From positions 352,656,001 to 352,720,000 of the forward strand of contig OZ024740.1 of the NCBI GenBank assembly GCA_964016885.1: 64,000 bases of DNA, given 5' to 3'. A model generated the notes under the pieces. That model saw nothing but the letters and a program-made list of their open reading frames with translations. It was not told the origin of the DNA and did no database searches. The first letter of the stretch is position 1. Each line of letters starts with the position of its first letter. Positions 1 through 14,411 of this stretch are shown piece after piece. The position numbers and the translations under genes were made by a program. This DNA comes from Eledone cirrhosa (lineage: Eukaryota).

Positions 1-693
1 ATACGTAAGATTCTCTTCCCGTGAATCGAGGTTTACGCTATGACATGAGTGTGTGCAATTTTGAGTTGCGTGCCTGAGTGAGTTCAAGCGTGTACCCGTG
101 GGTTGTTTATCATGTGTTTATTACTGTTGCCGAACCTCGACCCGTTGAAAAGTGATCTCGCAGAGACCCAACCGAATCCAGAATATACCATAGACAAAAA
201 CATGTTGGTGTGTGACAAAGAAAATGATGTGTGTTTGATGCAAAACGTGTATGTTCATACAGGCATATAATACAGTAAAAAAAATTTAAATGACGTTCAT
301 ATATAACCTGTAAAAAATATTTTTTTAAATATTTATATAATTGTTCTTTACAAAAAGTTCAGTTTTCTCTTCTTTATGTGATCATTTTCTTGCTAGGAAG
401 CTAGTAGTATGGTCTGTTGTTGTTGTTGGAGATTACGAAGCACGTGGTGAAGTGTTTGGTAATGAATCGAAACAAAAGCGAATTCACTGTAATTATTCCG
501 TAGTATGGAAGTTTGGTGAATAATTTGAAAAAGTTAAGTTTTATCATATCGTACCATATAGATGATAAGCTTGGTAAGAGAAAGTTGTTGATGCTGGTAA
601 ATGAAGCCATGATCAGAAAAATGCGTGGTTTTCTTTTTTTTTAAATAACACTTCGTATTTTTTTAATACTATATATCACGTCGGGTTCACCAA

Positions 694-1159
694 TTTAACG
701 AAGGGTATTAGTAAGAAATTGTTAGATGAATAACATGGTTATTAGATGGATTAACAAGAATAGCATATTTACTTTATATATAAAAAAGGTTTACTTCACT
801 TCAGTCAAAATGAACAACAAATAAGTTAGCACGAGTTGCGAAGGTTGACAATGTTATTTTGTTGTTGGTTTATGAGGCTGGTGTAGTCTGCGACCAGGAG
901 AGAGAGAGAAAGAGTAGTGGTCTGTAGACCTCTGCGGCCTGAAGGTAGCGGGGAATCTTTACATAGCTTGTTTGTATCGTGGTGTTCCGATCGCTCTGTA
1001 TAAAACATGGGAATATACAGGCTTTATATACCTGTCGCTTTCTGTCCCCTGTCTCGGGGGATCACTCAAGCATCAACTTGTTAACGCCAAAAGGGTGGTG
1101 ACCTAGAGTTTGACCTTTAGGTGTCACCCAAGGTTCAAGGCGTGGACAGATTTCGCTAC

Positions 1160-1160
<1 letters not shown>
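694..1160 (-). mobile_element. Probable 5' LTR of a degenerate Gypsy-type element whose body runs off the left edge of the window
   Basis: Imperfect terminal inverted ends (tttaacgaa...tttcgctaca). The adjacent 676-692 tcacgtcgggttcacca matches the recalled 3' end of tRNA-Trp (TCACGTCGGGGTCACCA) as a minus-strand PBS. Only weak gag/protease-like remnants in 1-610. Confidence 0.55.
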
Positions 1161-1190
<30 letters not shown>

Positions 1191-1497
1191 TGTATGTATG
1201 TATGTATGTATGTATGTATGTATGTCTCTGAGCGACAGTAGCTATAACCCGAAAAGAAGAAAAGATCAACAGAGAGTGGGATTGGCTCAGTGCACAGTCT
1301 TTCCTCACTTTAAAAAATATCTTCACGCCAGCATTAATTAATAATTATTAATAATGGTATAACTTGCAATGGCCATACTCGATAACGAGAGGGTAGCCAT
1401 CATGTATGTATGTATGTATGCATGTATGTATGTATTATGTATGTATGTATGCATGCATGTATGTATGCATTATGTATGTATGTATATATGTATGTAT
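1161..1497. repeat. (TATG)n microsatellite split by a ~175-bp insert resembling the RTE 5' region at ~8420-8470
   Basis: TATG arrays at 1161-1224 and ~1402-1497. The insert contains cagagagtgggattggctcagtgca, similar to cagagagtgggattggtccagtgca at ~8424. Confidence 0.6.
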
Positions 1498-1841
1498 CTT
1501 GACTCTTTCTCTTAATTTTGAGTATTTTTTGGACCGCCCACCTTCTCGATAGCAAGGTTGAGAACGTTAATGCTTTGAATCATAAGAATGTTTTACAGAT
1601 TTTGAAGATATGTATGCATGCATAATACATGTCGCTCTCGAGCGCTACTGGTAACATATGACCCAATACAACCTGTTTCAGGGTACGGGCGTCGACAACT
1701 AAATCCTATTTTTGGACATTCCGCGGGATGAAAAACAAAGCCCATCAAAGGGTGGAGGGACGCATGAGAGTCAACGGCCATCAAATTAGTGTGTACATAT
1801 GTATTTATTATGTGTGTGTGCGTGTATGAAACTATATGTTG

Positions 1842-1897
<56 letters not shown>

Positions 1898-2026
1898 AAA
1901 GTTATATTTAAAATTGTTGGGTTACAACTAGTAAATATTTATAACTGATATAAAAGCACTCGACAAATATTTGGAGTATATTTACAATATTAAATAAATG
2001 GAAAACTATATTTATAAAACCATATT

Positions 2027-2092
2027 TATTTCATTATATATATTTCGGGGATATCATATTAACAATATGCTATGCCTTCATCAGACAAAATA
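2027..2092 (-). ncRNA. Minimal type I hammerhead ribozyme, element A left arm
   Basis: Reverse complement of 7448-7513. Confidence 0.7.
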
Positions 2093-2452
2093 CAATATAA
2101 ACAGTTTTATAGATAAATATATTCGACATACCGTAATAAACATCAACTTCATTTGAAGAGGTTTACGCTAGCAGTGAAAATACAGAGAGAAAGAAAGAGA
2201 GAAAGAAAAGAGGGAAAAACGAAAGAAAGAAAGACAAAACGAAGAAAAGGAAGAAAAAGAAGAAAAAGAAAAAGAAGAAATGCATGGAACAAAATAGAGA
2301 GATGGAAAAATAGATAAAGTGAAGAGCTTCATGTAAAGAGACAGAAAGATATATATATATATAGAGAGAGAGGAAATAGAGATAGATACATATATATATA
2401 TAGAAAATTAGGTAGTCGGAGGTCATTTTGAGTAAGTGTATCAATGATACAT

Positions 2453-2491
<39 letters not shown>

Positions 2492-3676
2492 GCTCAAGTA
2501 TTAATGTAAGGGAGATATATAGAGAGATATAGAGAGATATAGAGAGAGAAAAAAATTTAAAAATATCCAGACATATTCGAGGCGTAGAAAACCCTATGTT
2601 TTAATGTATTAGTATTTATAAAACTTACACTACACTGTAAATATCAGTATTCCTGAATGAAACAAGTATTCACAATGTGTGAAAATTCATTATCTTATGT
2701 TTAGTTTTAAAAATTCATATGTCTATGTGACAGCTACAAATCTCAATGTGAATCCAACTGATTCACTCCGCAAACTCTAAGTTATCGGAAAACATTCTCA
2801 ATGTGGTATAAAAATTTGAGCGTATTATTATTCTTGCGATTACTCTACAAGATTATCTATCAAGCAGAAATAGAGAGCAGATTTCAATATACTAATCGAA
2901 AATATATATTATATTATAAACAAAGATAACAATAATAATAATAATAAGTAAAAATATATAAAAATATAGAATAGAAAACTAAAAAAAAAAATATTACGAA
3001 AGAATATTACATAATAAAAATATTGCATATTAAAAATACTACGTATTAAAAAATATTACGTATTAAAGATTTACATATAAAAATTTACATATAAAAATAT
3101 ACATATAAAAATTTACATATAAAAATTTACATATAAAAATATATAAAAATATTAAAAAAATAAAATTAAAATAAAAATATTATAGAATACTACAATACTA
3201 AAAGAATAAAAGTAAAAATAAAAATAAAAATAAAAATAAAAATAAAAATAAAAATAAAAATAAAAATAAAAATAAAAATAAAAATAAAAATAAAAATGAA
3301 AATAAAAATAAACCACAAAAAACAACCCTTCAAAGTTAATTGACAATATATTGCCAAGTTCACTACAAGACAAAGCCAAAAATTATCTATCAAATCACAT
3401 CTAGCAAAGAATATCGTAAAAAGATTATGATGTCCAATAATGTCTACATATGTTCCTATGTTTAATATAGAAGTTTATCTAGTGTAAGGTTAATTCAAAA
3501 AATTTGGAGCATCGGCTTTTAGGGTAGCTTAATTTTTCATGAGGAATGTTTAGATAAAAATAAAAATAAATAAAATAAAATAAACAATAAAAAGAGTAAA
3601 ACGAGGGAATCAAAGATTTAGGAATCAAAAGATTTATCGGCTAGTTCTCATATAAATATAAATAAAACTAAATATA

Positions 3677-4442
3677 CTACATTTTAAATTTAAATTTATA
3701 TTTAAACGTTGAGTTTAATCTATGTTTGCAACAACTGAATAAATTTGTCCGTAGGTTAAGGGAGTTTTTAGATTTTAGTATAAAGAATATCTCCTCTGCG
3801 CAGAGGTCACATGTCTCAGAGGATGAATTAAAAGGAATCCCTCTTGAGACTATATTCCAAGCCGTCGAATATCTAACGTTATCTAGCTTAAGTTGCCAGA
3901 GTACCCCTGATAGTGCCGTTGAAGATTTTTTATTTGGATCTGTGAAAGAATTCTTGTGGTTATTATAGCGAAGTTTAAATTCCGTCGATGTGGAACCGAC
4001 GTAGTTAAAAGAATTAGAGTCAGTATTAACATTACAATTGTATACTATATTTTTAACTAAGCAGTTGTTATTTAACGGACATTTAGATCTATCTCTACAG
4101 TTACATTTGTTAACTTGTATATTATTTATGCTATTATCAGTAGGTTTTAAGTTCCTATTATTTATTCTATTAATATTTTGTGCTAAATTTTTGGTGGATG
4201 AGTAGGTTAATTTAATTGTATGCCTATTGAAAATTGAGTGATACCTATGTGTTCTAGGGAAGCGATTATCAAGAGCTTTGAAAAATAATTTAGCGATGTG
4301 GGTTTTAATGTTTAGTGAGAAAGGGGGGGGGCAAACCAAATTATGTTCCTAGTTCTATTTCTTTTTTGTCCTTTGGAATTATTGTAATGCTTTCTATTAT
4401 AGTTGTTAATGTTGTTGCCGTAATTAAAAAAGTTGTTACTTT
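3677..4442 (-). pseudogene. Inverted partial copy of the element A GIY-YIG region
   Basis: Translation matches the C-terminal ~216 aa of 4513-5862; a poly-G length change near 4330 shifts the frame. Confidence 0.85.
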
Positions 4443-4512
4443 ATAATATAATATAATATGCATTTCTTTGCTTTATATAGCCGATAATATAATATAATAT
4501 GCATTAAAAGAA

Positions 4513-5862
4513 ATGCATATTATATTATCGGCTAGGAAAACTCTGATAGAATTTAATGACAAATTATGGACTAGAGCAGATAGAGATAGCAATTTTGACA
4601 TAACTATGGGATCTTCCGACTCAGCTCAGGTAACTGACCTTGTGGGCTTATTTTTAATCAATTCGCTACATAGGAAAATACCTGGTACTACCGGAGGTTT
4701 ATATAGGGATGACATGCTTTTACTTATTAATAATAATAACCCTGAACTAAATAGAAAATGTAAACAAATTACAAAATTTTTTAATTACTTTAACCTTAAA
4801 ATAGAAATTGAGAACAACCATAGAATAGTCAATTTCCTAGATATAACATTAAATCTCAACACATGTCTCCACTATCCTTTTCACAAGTTGAATGAAAACT
4901 TAAACTATGTCAACTTTAACTCTAACCACCCCAGATCTGTCAAAAACACTATAGTAAACTCAGTCCAAAAACGTATCTCTAGGATCTCGTCGAATAGAAA
5001 GATTTTTGACGAAAAGGCCCAATATTATAATGATGCACTAGCTAGGGCAGGGTATGCTGATAAGATTGTATACATAGATAATGATAGACAAACTAAACAA
5101 AGTAACAACTTTTTTAATTACGGCAACAACATTAACAACTATAATAGAAAGCATTACAATAATTCCAAAGGACAAAAAAGAAATAGAACTAGGAACATAA
5201 TTTGGTTTGCCCCCCCTTTCTCACTAAACATTAAAACCCACATCGCTAAATTATTTTTCAAAGCTCTTGATAATCGCTTCCCTAGAACACATAGGTATCA
5301 CTCAATCTTCAATAGGCATACAATTAAATTAACCTACTCATCCACCAAAAATTTAGCACAAAATATTAATAGAATAAATAATAGGAACTTAAAACCTACT
5401 GATAATAGCATAAATAATATACAAGTTAACAAATGTAACTGTAGAGATAGATCTAAATGTCCGTTAAATAACAACTGCTTAGTTAAAAATATAGTATACA
5501 ATTGTAATGTTAATACTGACTCTAATTCTTTTAACTACGTCGGTTCCACATCGACGGAATTTAAACTTCGCTATAATAACCACAAGAATTCTTTCACAGA
5601 TCCAAATAAAAAATCTTCAACGGCACTATCAGGGGTACTCTGGCAACTTAAGCTAGATAACGTTAGATATTCGACGGCTTGGAATATAGTCTCAAGAGGG
5701 ATTCCTTTTAATTCATCCTCTGAGACATGTGACCTCTGCGCAGAGGAGATATTCTTTATACTAAAATCTAAAAACTCCCTTAACCTACGGACAAATTTAT
5801 TCAGTTGTTGCAAACATAGATTAAACTCAACGTTTAAATATAAATTTAAATTTAAAATGTAG
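4513..5862 (+). CDS. Penelope-like RT (5'-truncated) plus Cys-rich linker and GIY-YIG endonuclease
   Basis: 449-aa open frame with FDITMGSSDS, GLYRDD (RT catalytic motif), NFLDITL, SNHP, CNCRDRSKCP and NIVYNC...YVGST...FKLRYNNH. Confidence 0.9.
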   Translation: MHIILSARKTLIEFNDKLWTRADRDSNFDITMGSSDSAQVTDLVGLFLINSLHRKIPGTTGGLYRDDMLLLINNNNPELNRKCKQITKFFNYFNLKIEIENNHRIVNFLDITLNLNTCLHYPFHKLNENLNYVNFNSNHPRSVKNTIVNSVQKRISRISSNRKIFDEKAQYYNDALARAGYADKIVYIDNDRQTKQSNNFFNYGNNINNYNRKHYNNSKGQKRNRTRNIIWFAPPFSLNIKTHIAKLFFKALDNRFPRTHRYHSIFNRHTIKLTYSSTKNLAQNINRINNRNLKPTDNSINNIQVNKCNCRDRSKCPLNNNCLVKNIVYNCNVNTDSNSFNYVGSTSTEFKLRYNNHKNSFTDPNKKSSTALSGVLWQLKLDNVRYSTAWNIVSRGIPFNSSSETCDLCAEEIFFILKSKNSLNLRTNLFSCCKHRLNSTFKYKFKFKM

Positions 5863-7052
5863 TATATTTAGTTTTATTTATATTTATATGAGAACTAGCC
5901 GATAAATCTTTTGATTCCTAAATTTTTGATTCCCTCGTTTTACTCTTTTTATTGTTTATTTTATTTTATTTATTTTTATTTTTATCTAACATTCCTCATG
6001 AAAAATTAAGCTACCCTAAAAGCCGATGCTCCAAATTTTTTAAATTAACCTTACACTAGATAAACTTCTATATTAAACATAGGAACATATGTAGACATTA
6101 TTGGACATCATAATCTTTTTACGATATTCTTTGCTAGATGTGATTTGATAGATAATTTTTGGCTTTGTCTTGTAGTGAACTTGGCAATATATTGTCAATT
6201 AACTTTGAAGGGTTGTTTTTTGTGGTTTATTTTTATTTTCATTTTTATTTTTATTTTTATTTTTATTTTTATTTTTATTTTTATTTTTATTTTTATTTTT
6301 ATTTTTATTTTTATTTTTATTTTTATTTTTACTTTTATTCTTTTAGTATTGTAGTATTCTATAATATTTTTATTTTAATTTTATTTTTTTAATATTTTTA
6401 TATATTTTTATATGTAAATTTTTATATGTAAATTTTTATATGTATATTTTTATATGTAAATTTTTATATGTAAATCTTTAATACGTAATATTTTTTAATA
6501 CGTAGTATTTTTAATATGCAATATTTTTATTATGTAATATTCTTTCGTAATATTTTTTTTTTTAGTTTTCTATTCTATATTTTTATATATTTTTACTTAT
6601 TATTATTATTATTGTTATCTTTGTTTATAATATAATATATATTTTCGATTAGTATATTGAAATCTGCTCTCTATTTCTGCTTGATAGATAATCTTGTAGA
6701 GTAATCGCAAGAATAATAATACGCTCAAATTGTTATACCACATTGAGAATGTTTTCCGATAACTTAGAGTTTGCGGAGTGAATCAGTTGGATTCACATTG
6801 AGATTTGTAGCTGTCACATAGACATATGAATTTTTAAAACTAAACATAAGATAATGAATTTTCACACATTGTGAATACTTGTTTCATTCAGGAATACTGA
6901 TATTTACAGTGTAGTGTAAGTTTTATAAATACTAATACATTAAAACATAGGGTTTTCTACGCCTCGAATATGTCTGGATATTTTTAAATTTTTTTCTCTC
7001 TCTATATCTCTCTATATCTCTCTATATATCTCCCTTACATTAATACTTGAGC

Positions 7053-7087
<35 letters not shown>

Positions 7088-7447
7088 ATGTATCATTGAT
7101 ACACTTACTCAAAATGACCTCCCACTACCTAATTTTCTATATATATATATGTATCTATCTCTATTTCCTCTCTCTCTCTATATATATATATCTTTCTGTC
7201 TCTTTACATGAAGCTCTTCACTTTATCTATTTTTCCATCTCTCTATTTTGTTCCATGCATTTCTTCTTTTTCTTTTTCTTCTTTTTCTTCCTTTTCTTCG
7301 TTTTGTCTTTCTTTCTTTCGTTTTTCCCTCTTTTCTTTCTCTCTTTCTTTCTCTCTGTATTTTCACTGCTAGCGTAAACCTCTTCAAATGAAGTTGATGT
7401 TTATTACGGTATGTCGAATATATTTATCTATAAAACTGTTTATATTG

Positions 7448-7513
7448 TATTTTGTCTGATGAAGGCATAGCATATTGTTAATATGATATCCCCGAAATAT
7501 ATATAATGAAATA
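7448..7513 (+). ncRNA. Minimal type I hammerhead ribozyme, element A right arm
   Basis: Stem I tattttgt/atgaaata; core CTGATGA at 7456-7462; stem II containing catatt-gtt-aatatg; GAAA at 7494-7497; palindromic TATATA stem III; predicted cleavage after 7505. Confidence 0.72.
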
Positions 7514-7551
7514 AATATGGTTTTATAAATATAGTTTTCCATTTATTTAAT

Positions 7552-8239
<688 letters not shown>

Positions 8240-8280
8240 TGTGTGTGTGTGTGTGCGCGTGTATGTATAAGTGCAGGGAC

Positions 8281-9700
8281 ATAGAAATATTCGGTTTGGT
8301 GCCCGAGCGTGCGGTTAACCCACCGGGAGTGAAAGACCATTGGTCGTTGTTAGGACATCACTCTAGGAAAATGAAAACTCTGATGGAAAACTTACAGCTC
8401 GATAGCAGTCAATGGTGTTGTTCAGAGAGTGGGATTGGTCCAGTGCAAGGCCTTTTTTCATTTAACCAAGCAAAGACATCACGTTCCGAAAGAAGATTAA
8501 TTCTTCTGGCAAAAAAAGTTCAGAGATATAACATCGAGGTGGAGGGGGAGGGGGGGGTATTTTCAGGAACGGTGTGAAGGATATACTTTTTAATAGAGTG
8601 GAAGTTCAGAAGAATACAAAAGGAAGGTTGGAGAGGCATTTGCTACTAAAAATACAATTGTTTCCAAATTACATGAGTTTCCTCGTGGCTTCTCTGATCG
8701 GCACATTTTTATGAGGGTTCCACTATCTAAGAATAAGCTCGTTACATTTGTGAGTGTATATGCTCCGGCTATGTGCTATATGGAGGGCGAAAATCTTTAT
8801 CTGTCCTTAAAGGAACTTGTCCGGAAGATCCCACGATCTGACAAAATTCTCATATTTGGGGATTTTAATGTTAGGACTGGAAAGAACCACATAACTTTGT
8901 ATACATTGGATTGGAAAATGTAATAGCAATGGGTTGTTACTCCTGCAAATGTGCCAGGAGCTAAGTCATTGCATAGCTAACACTTTCTTCTAACACAGAG
9001 AGAAACACAAGACGACTTGGATGCATCCAGGTACAAAGCAGTGGCATGTGATAGACTTTGTTCTTGTACGTAGGTATGATGTTCAAGACATCTGTGATGT
9101 CCGTATGTTAGGGGGAGCTGAATGCTAGACAGACCATCGTCTTGTTCGTGCTAATGAGAAAATACGAATAAGTGGTGTTGTTGATCCAAAGAAATTAAAT
9201 ATTGCACGGATTAAAAAAGGATGATCTGATGAGAAAGTTAAACAAGATTCAGTGTGATGACATGTGGAAAGATTTTGATACTTCGGTTTATGATACTTCG
9301 GTATCTGTTTTTGGTTTTATTAATAGGAAACATCAAGATTGGTTTAATGAAAACGAAGAAGAGATTTAAGTGCTACTTAACGAAAAGAAGACAGTAATCA
9401 GGAGACTGCTTGCAGGAGGGCAAGGAGCTGGAAAGAATGAAAGGTAACTTACAGCGTAAGCTCCGTAGCATGTCAGATGCATAGTCGAGAAGTAAAGAGG
9501 AGATTCAGGCTGAGGATGCCAACAATACAAAGTTACTTTACAACTTATTACGAAAAGGCACCTCAGAAATCTCATCATAATAACAAATTGCTTAGAGACC
9601 CAAAGGACTTTTTTTTTCTGAGATGGAGGAAACAATTGAATTAACTTTTAAATAGGCTCTCTCAAGTCAATGACGACTTTATTGACTCAGAGTAGAGAAG
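8281..9700 (+). mobile_element. Degenerate RTE-clade LINE, 5' portion (APE endonuclease)
   Basis: MRVPLSKNKLVTFVSVYAP...DKILIFGDFNVRTG, followed by HKTTWMHPGTKQWHVIDFVLVRR and TDHRLV in broken frames. Confidence 0.85.
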
Positions 9701-9925
9701 AATGTTCCTTTATTGGTGGGCTCCGACGTTATTTGAAACTTCAACGAAATAAAATAGAGAACCAAAGTCGGAGTAACATTCATCGTTGTGGCATTTGCAA
9801 AAAGGAATGTTAATCCTTGAGAGCCAGAGTCATGTTCGGTAGCCCATGAGTGGGTAAAGGACTAAATAATGGCAATTCTCGAAATCGAGATGCAGCCATT
9901 ATGTATGTATATGTGGTTGCAGTAG

Positions 9926-10460
<535 letters not shown>

Positions 10461-10463
<3 letters not shown>

Positions 10464-11246
10464 AAGAATAAATGCCTAAAGTCCAACATTGTTTACCAAT
10501 GCACTGTTGAATCGAACGACCAGAAATGGTATTACATCGGGTTTACCACTATCTCTTTCAAATCTCGCTGGTATCGTCATCGATTCTCAATTAAACATCC
10601 TAATCACCGTTTTGTGACCACGCTCGCCAACAAGACCTGGCAACTCCGTGAACGCAACCAACAGTTCACCTTGAAATGGGATATACTTTCCAGCGCTAGT
10701 GCATATCGGAGTGGATTGAAGTACTGTAAGTTATGTAACCTTGAACACTTTTACATCTTAAAATCCAAAAATAAATTACTAAATGATAGAATCCAACGAT
10801 CATTATACTGCAACCACAAACTGAAGGCTAAATTCTCCCACTATAAAATAACTTAACATTCGAACCCGTAACTATAACATTGCTTTCTAGCTAACCACTT
10901 TCTCTTCCCCCACACTACAAGACAATACCCTGCTTATCACTATAAATGGAAACTTAGTGCAATTTGTAGCCTACTATTATGAACTCAATGTACACCCATC
11001 CCATAGCTTTCGTCTGTCCCCTCTCTATCTCTCCCTCTCTCTCCATCCCCCCTCTCTCTCTCTCGCCCTAGGTCCACCTCCCTCCCTCTCCACATCTATG
11101 AACCTTCCCTCTGTGGCAATAAATAACTCCAACGCATCGCTTAAGGTGGTCGCTTTAAGAGTAACCAATATAATAAAACCCTTACCACAACATTTTGATT
11201 AAGATATCTACAAACCACTCTCTCCCATTTCTCCAACCCCCGCATA

Positions 11247-11285
<39 letters not shown>

Positions 11286-11528
11286 ACCCCTCCCCTTCTT
11301 TTCTCTCTTCCTTTTCTACTCTATCTTCCCCAATAAACTCACTTAAGGGTATTTACATTTTAACCATTCTGCTGTGATGATACAATGGTCTCAGCATTTG
11401 ATAATTGAGTTTTGCAAATAGTTATAAATTTGCACATAACACAACTAGGTTGTATAACCACCGTGGAAACATTTGTAAGCACACAGAATAAATTACCTTT
11501 TTATGATGTCTACCTGTTATTATTCATT

Positions 11529-11531
<3 letters not shown>
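10461..11531 (+). mobile_element. 5'-truncated Penelope-like fragment (GIY-YIG domain 10461-10856 plus 3' UTR)
   Basis: [11 protein letters not shown]...YYIGFT...FKSRWYRH...CKLCNLE...CNHK aligns by eye with the element A C-terminus. (TA)n on both sides. Confidence 0.85.
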
Positions 11532-11581
<50 letters not shown>

Positions 11582-11614
11582 TCGACACACGATTTCATAT
11601 AAAAAACCTCGCAA

Positions 11615-11656
<42 letters not shown>

Positions 11657-12184
11657 TTGCGAGGTTTTTTATATGAAATCGTGTGTCGAAACAAATATTG
11701 TTATACTTGGGGAGGGTCATATTTGTGTAATATTGCCAGAATTAATAACAGAACACACTCACTGTTTGGTTGGTGTTCGCTTCTCGCTTCTGTGTCTTTT
11801 ATATCGGTAATCTAATATACTCGGTCCTCAATGTTGCCATTGACTGACCGGCGGTCAAAAATAATACAGATACAATATAGACACAAACACATATATATAG
11901 TTTATCATAAATCTTTCGTTGCACATCTGCAACATCGTCAGTGGTGCTATATTTTCCTCCTGTTGTATTGTATGTCTACGCCATTTTTATTCAGTCTGTC
12001 TATATATTTATTTATTTATTTGCTTGTTTGTTTATTTTATTTTGTCTTCTTTGCGCATGCGTTTGCGTGTGTGTATAGTGTTTTGTTTGCTGTGTGATGG
12101 GTGACTAGTGTGTGTTTATGTGCTTGTTGTTATTGTGCTTGTGTATGTATTTATTTATTTATTTATTTTATTTTATTTACTTAT

Positions 12185-14323
12185 TTATACTTCTCTTGGG
12201 TCAGTGTTGTTTGTTTGGGTGTTGTTGTTATTCCATTCATTCTTTCTGTTTAGCCTTGGTCTTCTAATTTCTATTTCACTGGCCTCTCTGATTTGCCTAT
12301 CTGCTGGTTCATTTCTATGTTTAGATATTATTCTAATTTCTATGTTGTCTATGTTACCGTCATGTTGTTGTTTAGCATGTTCGTATAGTACTGACCCGTT
12401 TTTTCGTCCTTTTAGTTCCCCCCAGTGTTGGTCTATCCTTTCACCTATGCTACGAGCTGTCTCACCAATGTATGTTGTTGTCATGTTTCTGCAAGTACCC
12501 TCTGTACATCTTATGCTATAGACTACGTTTCTAGTTTTACAGTTTATCCGGGGGTTCACCTTACATATGATACATTTCCTATTGGTACAGTGGGTTTTCT
12601 TAAAAGGGTAGGTTTTGCTGATCAGGGATTTTATGGTGGTTCCTGGCTTTTCTACCACCTTTATTTTTAAGTGGGTCTTTCTCAGGGCCTTTCTACACTG
12701 GTTAGCTAATTTCCCTCCAGGGGTAGCGTCCACAAACATGACACTCTGGTATCTCTGGTTGTCGTACCATGAGGTGGCTTTCCTTATCTTATTCTAGCTC
12801 TATCGAAGCTATTCCATGATTTGCTCCTGTATAATGGGCAAATTCCTTTCATGTCCAGTTCTATGAGGGTCTTATACTTCTCCATGGCTCCTTCGTATAC
12901 TCTGATTCTGTCTCTTTGGTTGTAGCCAGAGAACTGCATGCGGTTGATGAAGTGTTGGATGTGTCTTTCCATTTCTGTTGGGTCGCACATGCTGGACACA
13001 TTCTTCATCACTCGTACCAAATCTGCGATCAGAATATTAAACTTAGCACTACTGGACATTGCTGAGTTTTTGAGTATCAGGTATTTGGAGGCCATGGGTT
13101 TAGCATAGTGTGAGTGGAGAATTTGGGCTCTCTCGTCTATAGTGTTAATCCAGAGTTCTGTGTCTAATACAGGTAGTCTATTGTTAGGGTGTTTGGAAGG
13201 GAAGTCGATAGTTACAGTTATACTCTGGTGTATGGAATTAGCTATCTGCTGGATGCTTTCCATCGTGCTACGTTCTAAATCAAACTAATTAGTGCTCTCT
13301 AGTGGGGGTGTTCTTATAACTATATTGATATCGTCTACATAACGAGAGTACATGATGAGGTCTATGGAGCTCTCTTTAAGGAAATCTTTAAGTCTCCTTT
13401 CCCACCATACCATGAAAAGGTTGGCAACATCACCAGCTATGCTGACGCCGATGGCTGCTCCCTCATTTGGGGTGTAGATCTTCTCGTTGAACTTAAATAT
13501 GTGGCCCTTTAGGGTAGTTTTGATACTAGCCCCTATTGCATGTGCGACCATTTTTCTTACCTGATCATTGTTTTGGGGGGTCCGTATAGCTTTGGTCCAC
13601 CCAATCCACCTTCCCATGGGAGTCTTTTTTGCCATTGAGGTTATGGTGGGGGGGGGGTCTACCTCTTATAGGTCTACTAGGGCAGAAACGTCTAAGGTCA
13701 TGGCTGTCTAGGTAGTCAGTGTCGTAGGTAAGTCTAAGTAGGAGGCCCAGTTCGTCTGTGTCGACGTCGCAGAACTCCACCTCACTCTCAATGATCATCT
13801 CCACACATCTTTTCACAGCAAAATCAATGTTAATGGATGGGTACAGTGACACCACATCCATGCTGCCTATTATGCAGTTGGATAGGTTCCTGTTTTTGTT
13901 GCACTCACTGATTCTGCTGAGGAGGTCCTCTGTACTGTCACATACATATGGGGACATCTTGATTATGGGGCGTATAACCATTGAGAGGAAGTAGGAGATC
14001 CTGTAGTTGCTAGCTATATTAGCTCCGCATACGGGTCTTGTTGGTGGTCCTGTTGTCGGGTCGTCGACTGTCTTGTGGTCTTTGCGGAGCCCATACAAGG
14101 GTGGTATGCCATTGTTAGACGCCTGGAAGTTGTTGGCAGTGCGTCTACCTGGCTTTAGGATGTCAGTCCACATCATCATGTGAGCGTTGAGGATTTTCTC
14201 TCTCCCATCGTGTGTTTGTTGTGCAATTTCGCTCGTGTTGGTGATGTGGGGTTGCATAGCCTTGATGTAGTTCGGCATGTTATCTATTGACATCCTACCA
14301 GACTTATCCGTGGGTAGACATAC
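12185..14323 (-). pseudogene. Element B RT-GIY-YIG ORF, left arm (frameshifts and a stop)
   Basis: Fragments 13565-14323 (PTDKSG, PPLYGLRKDHK, RPVCG), 13285-13635, 12784-13263 and 12185-12739. Confidence 0.85.
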
Positions 14324-14411
14324 TTTGGTCCACCCAATCCACCTTCCCATGGGAGTCTTTTTTGCCATTGAGGTTATGGTGGGGGGGGGTCTACCTCTTA
14401 TAGGTCTATCA

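Larger units (their letters stand above)
1896..7556. mobile_element. Penelope-like element A, foldback insertion: minus arm ~1896-4442, plus arm ~4506-7556
   Basis: ~1983-4442 is the reverse complement of ~5099-7556 with scattered differences. Both arms encode the same GIY-YIG C-terminus. (TA)n tracts lie at both outer ends. Confidence 0.92.

Noticed and set aside
2163-3393. ORFs with FYFYFY, FIFIFI or poly-F translations (and their mirrors at 6145-7377)
   Set aside because: Translations of simple repeats in the element A 3' UTR.
11365-11425. Possible hammerhead in the 10461-11531 fragment (gtgatga...gcaaa)
   Set aside because: Both core boxes deviate from CUGANGA and GAAA, and the stems are unconvincing.
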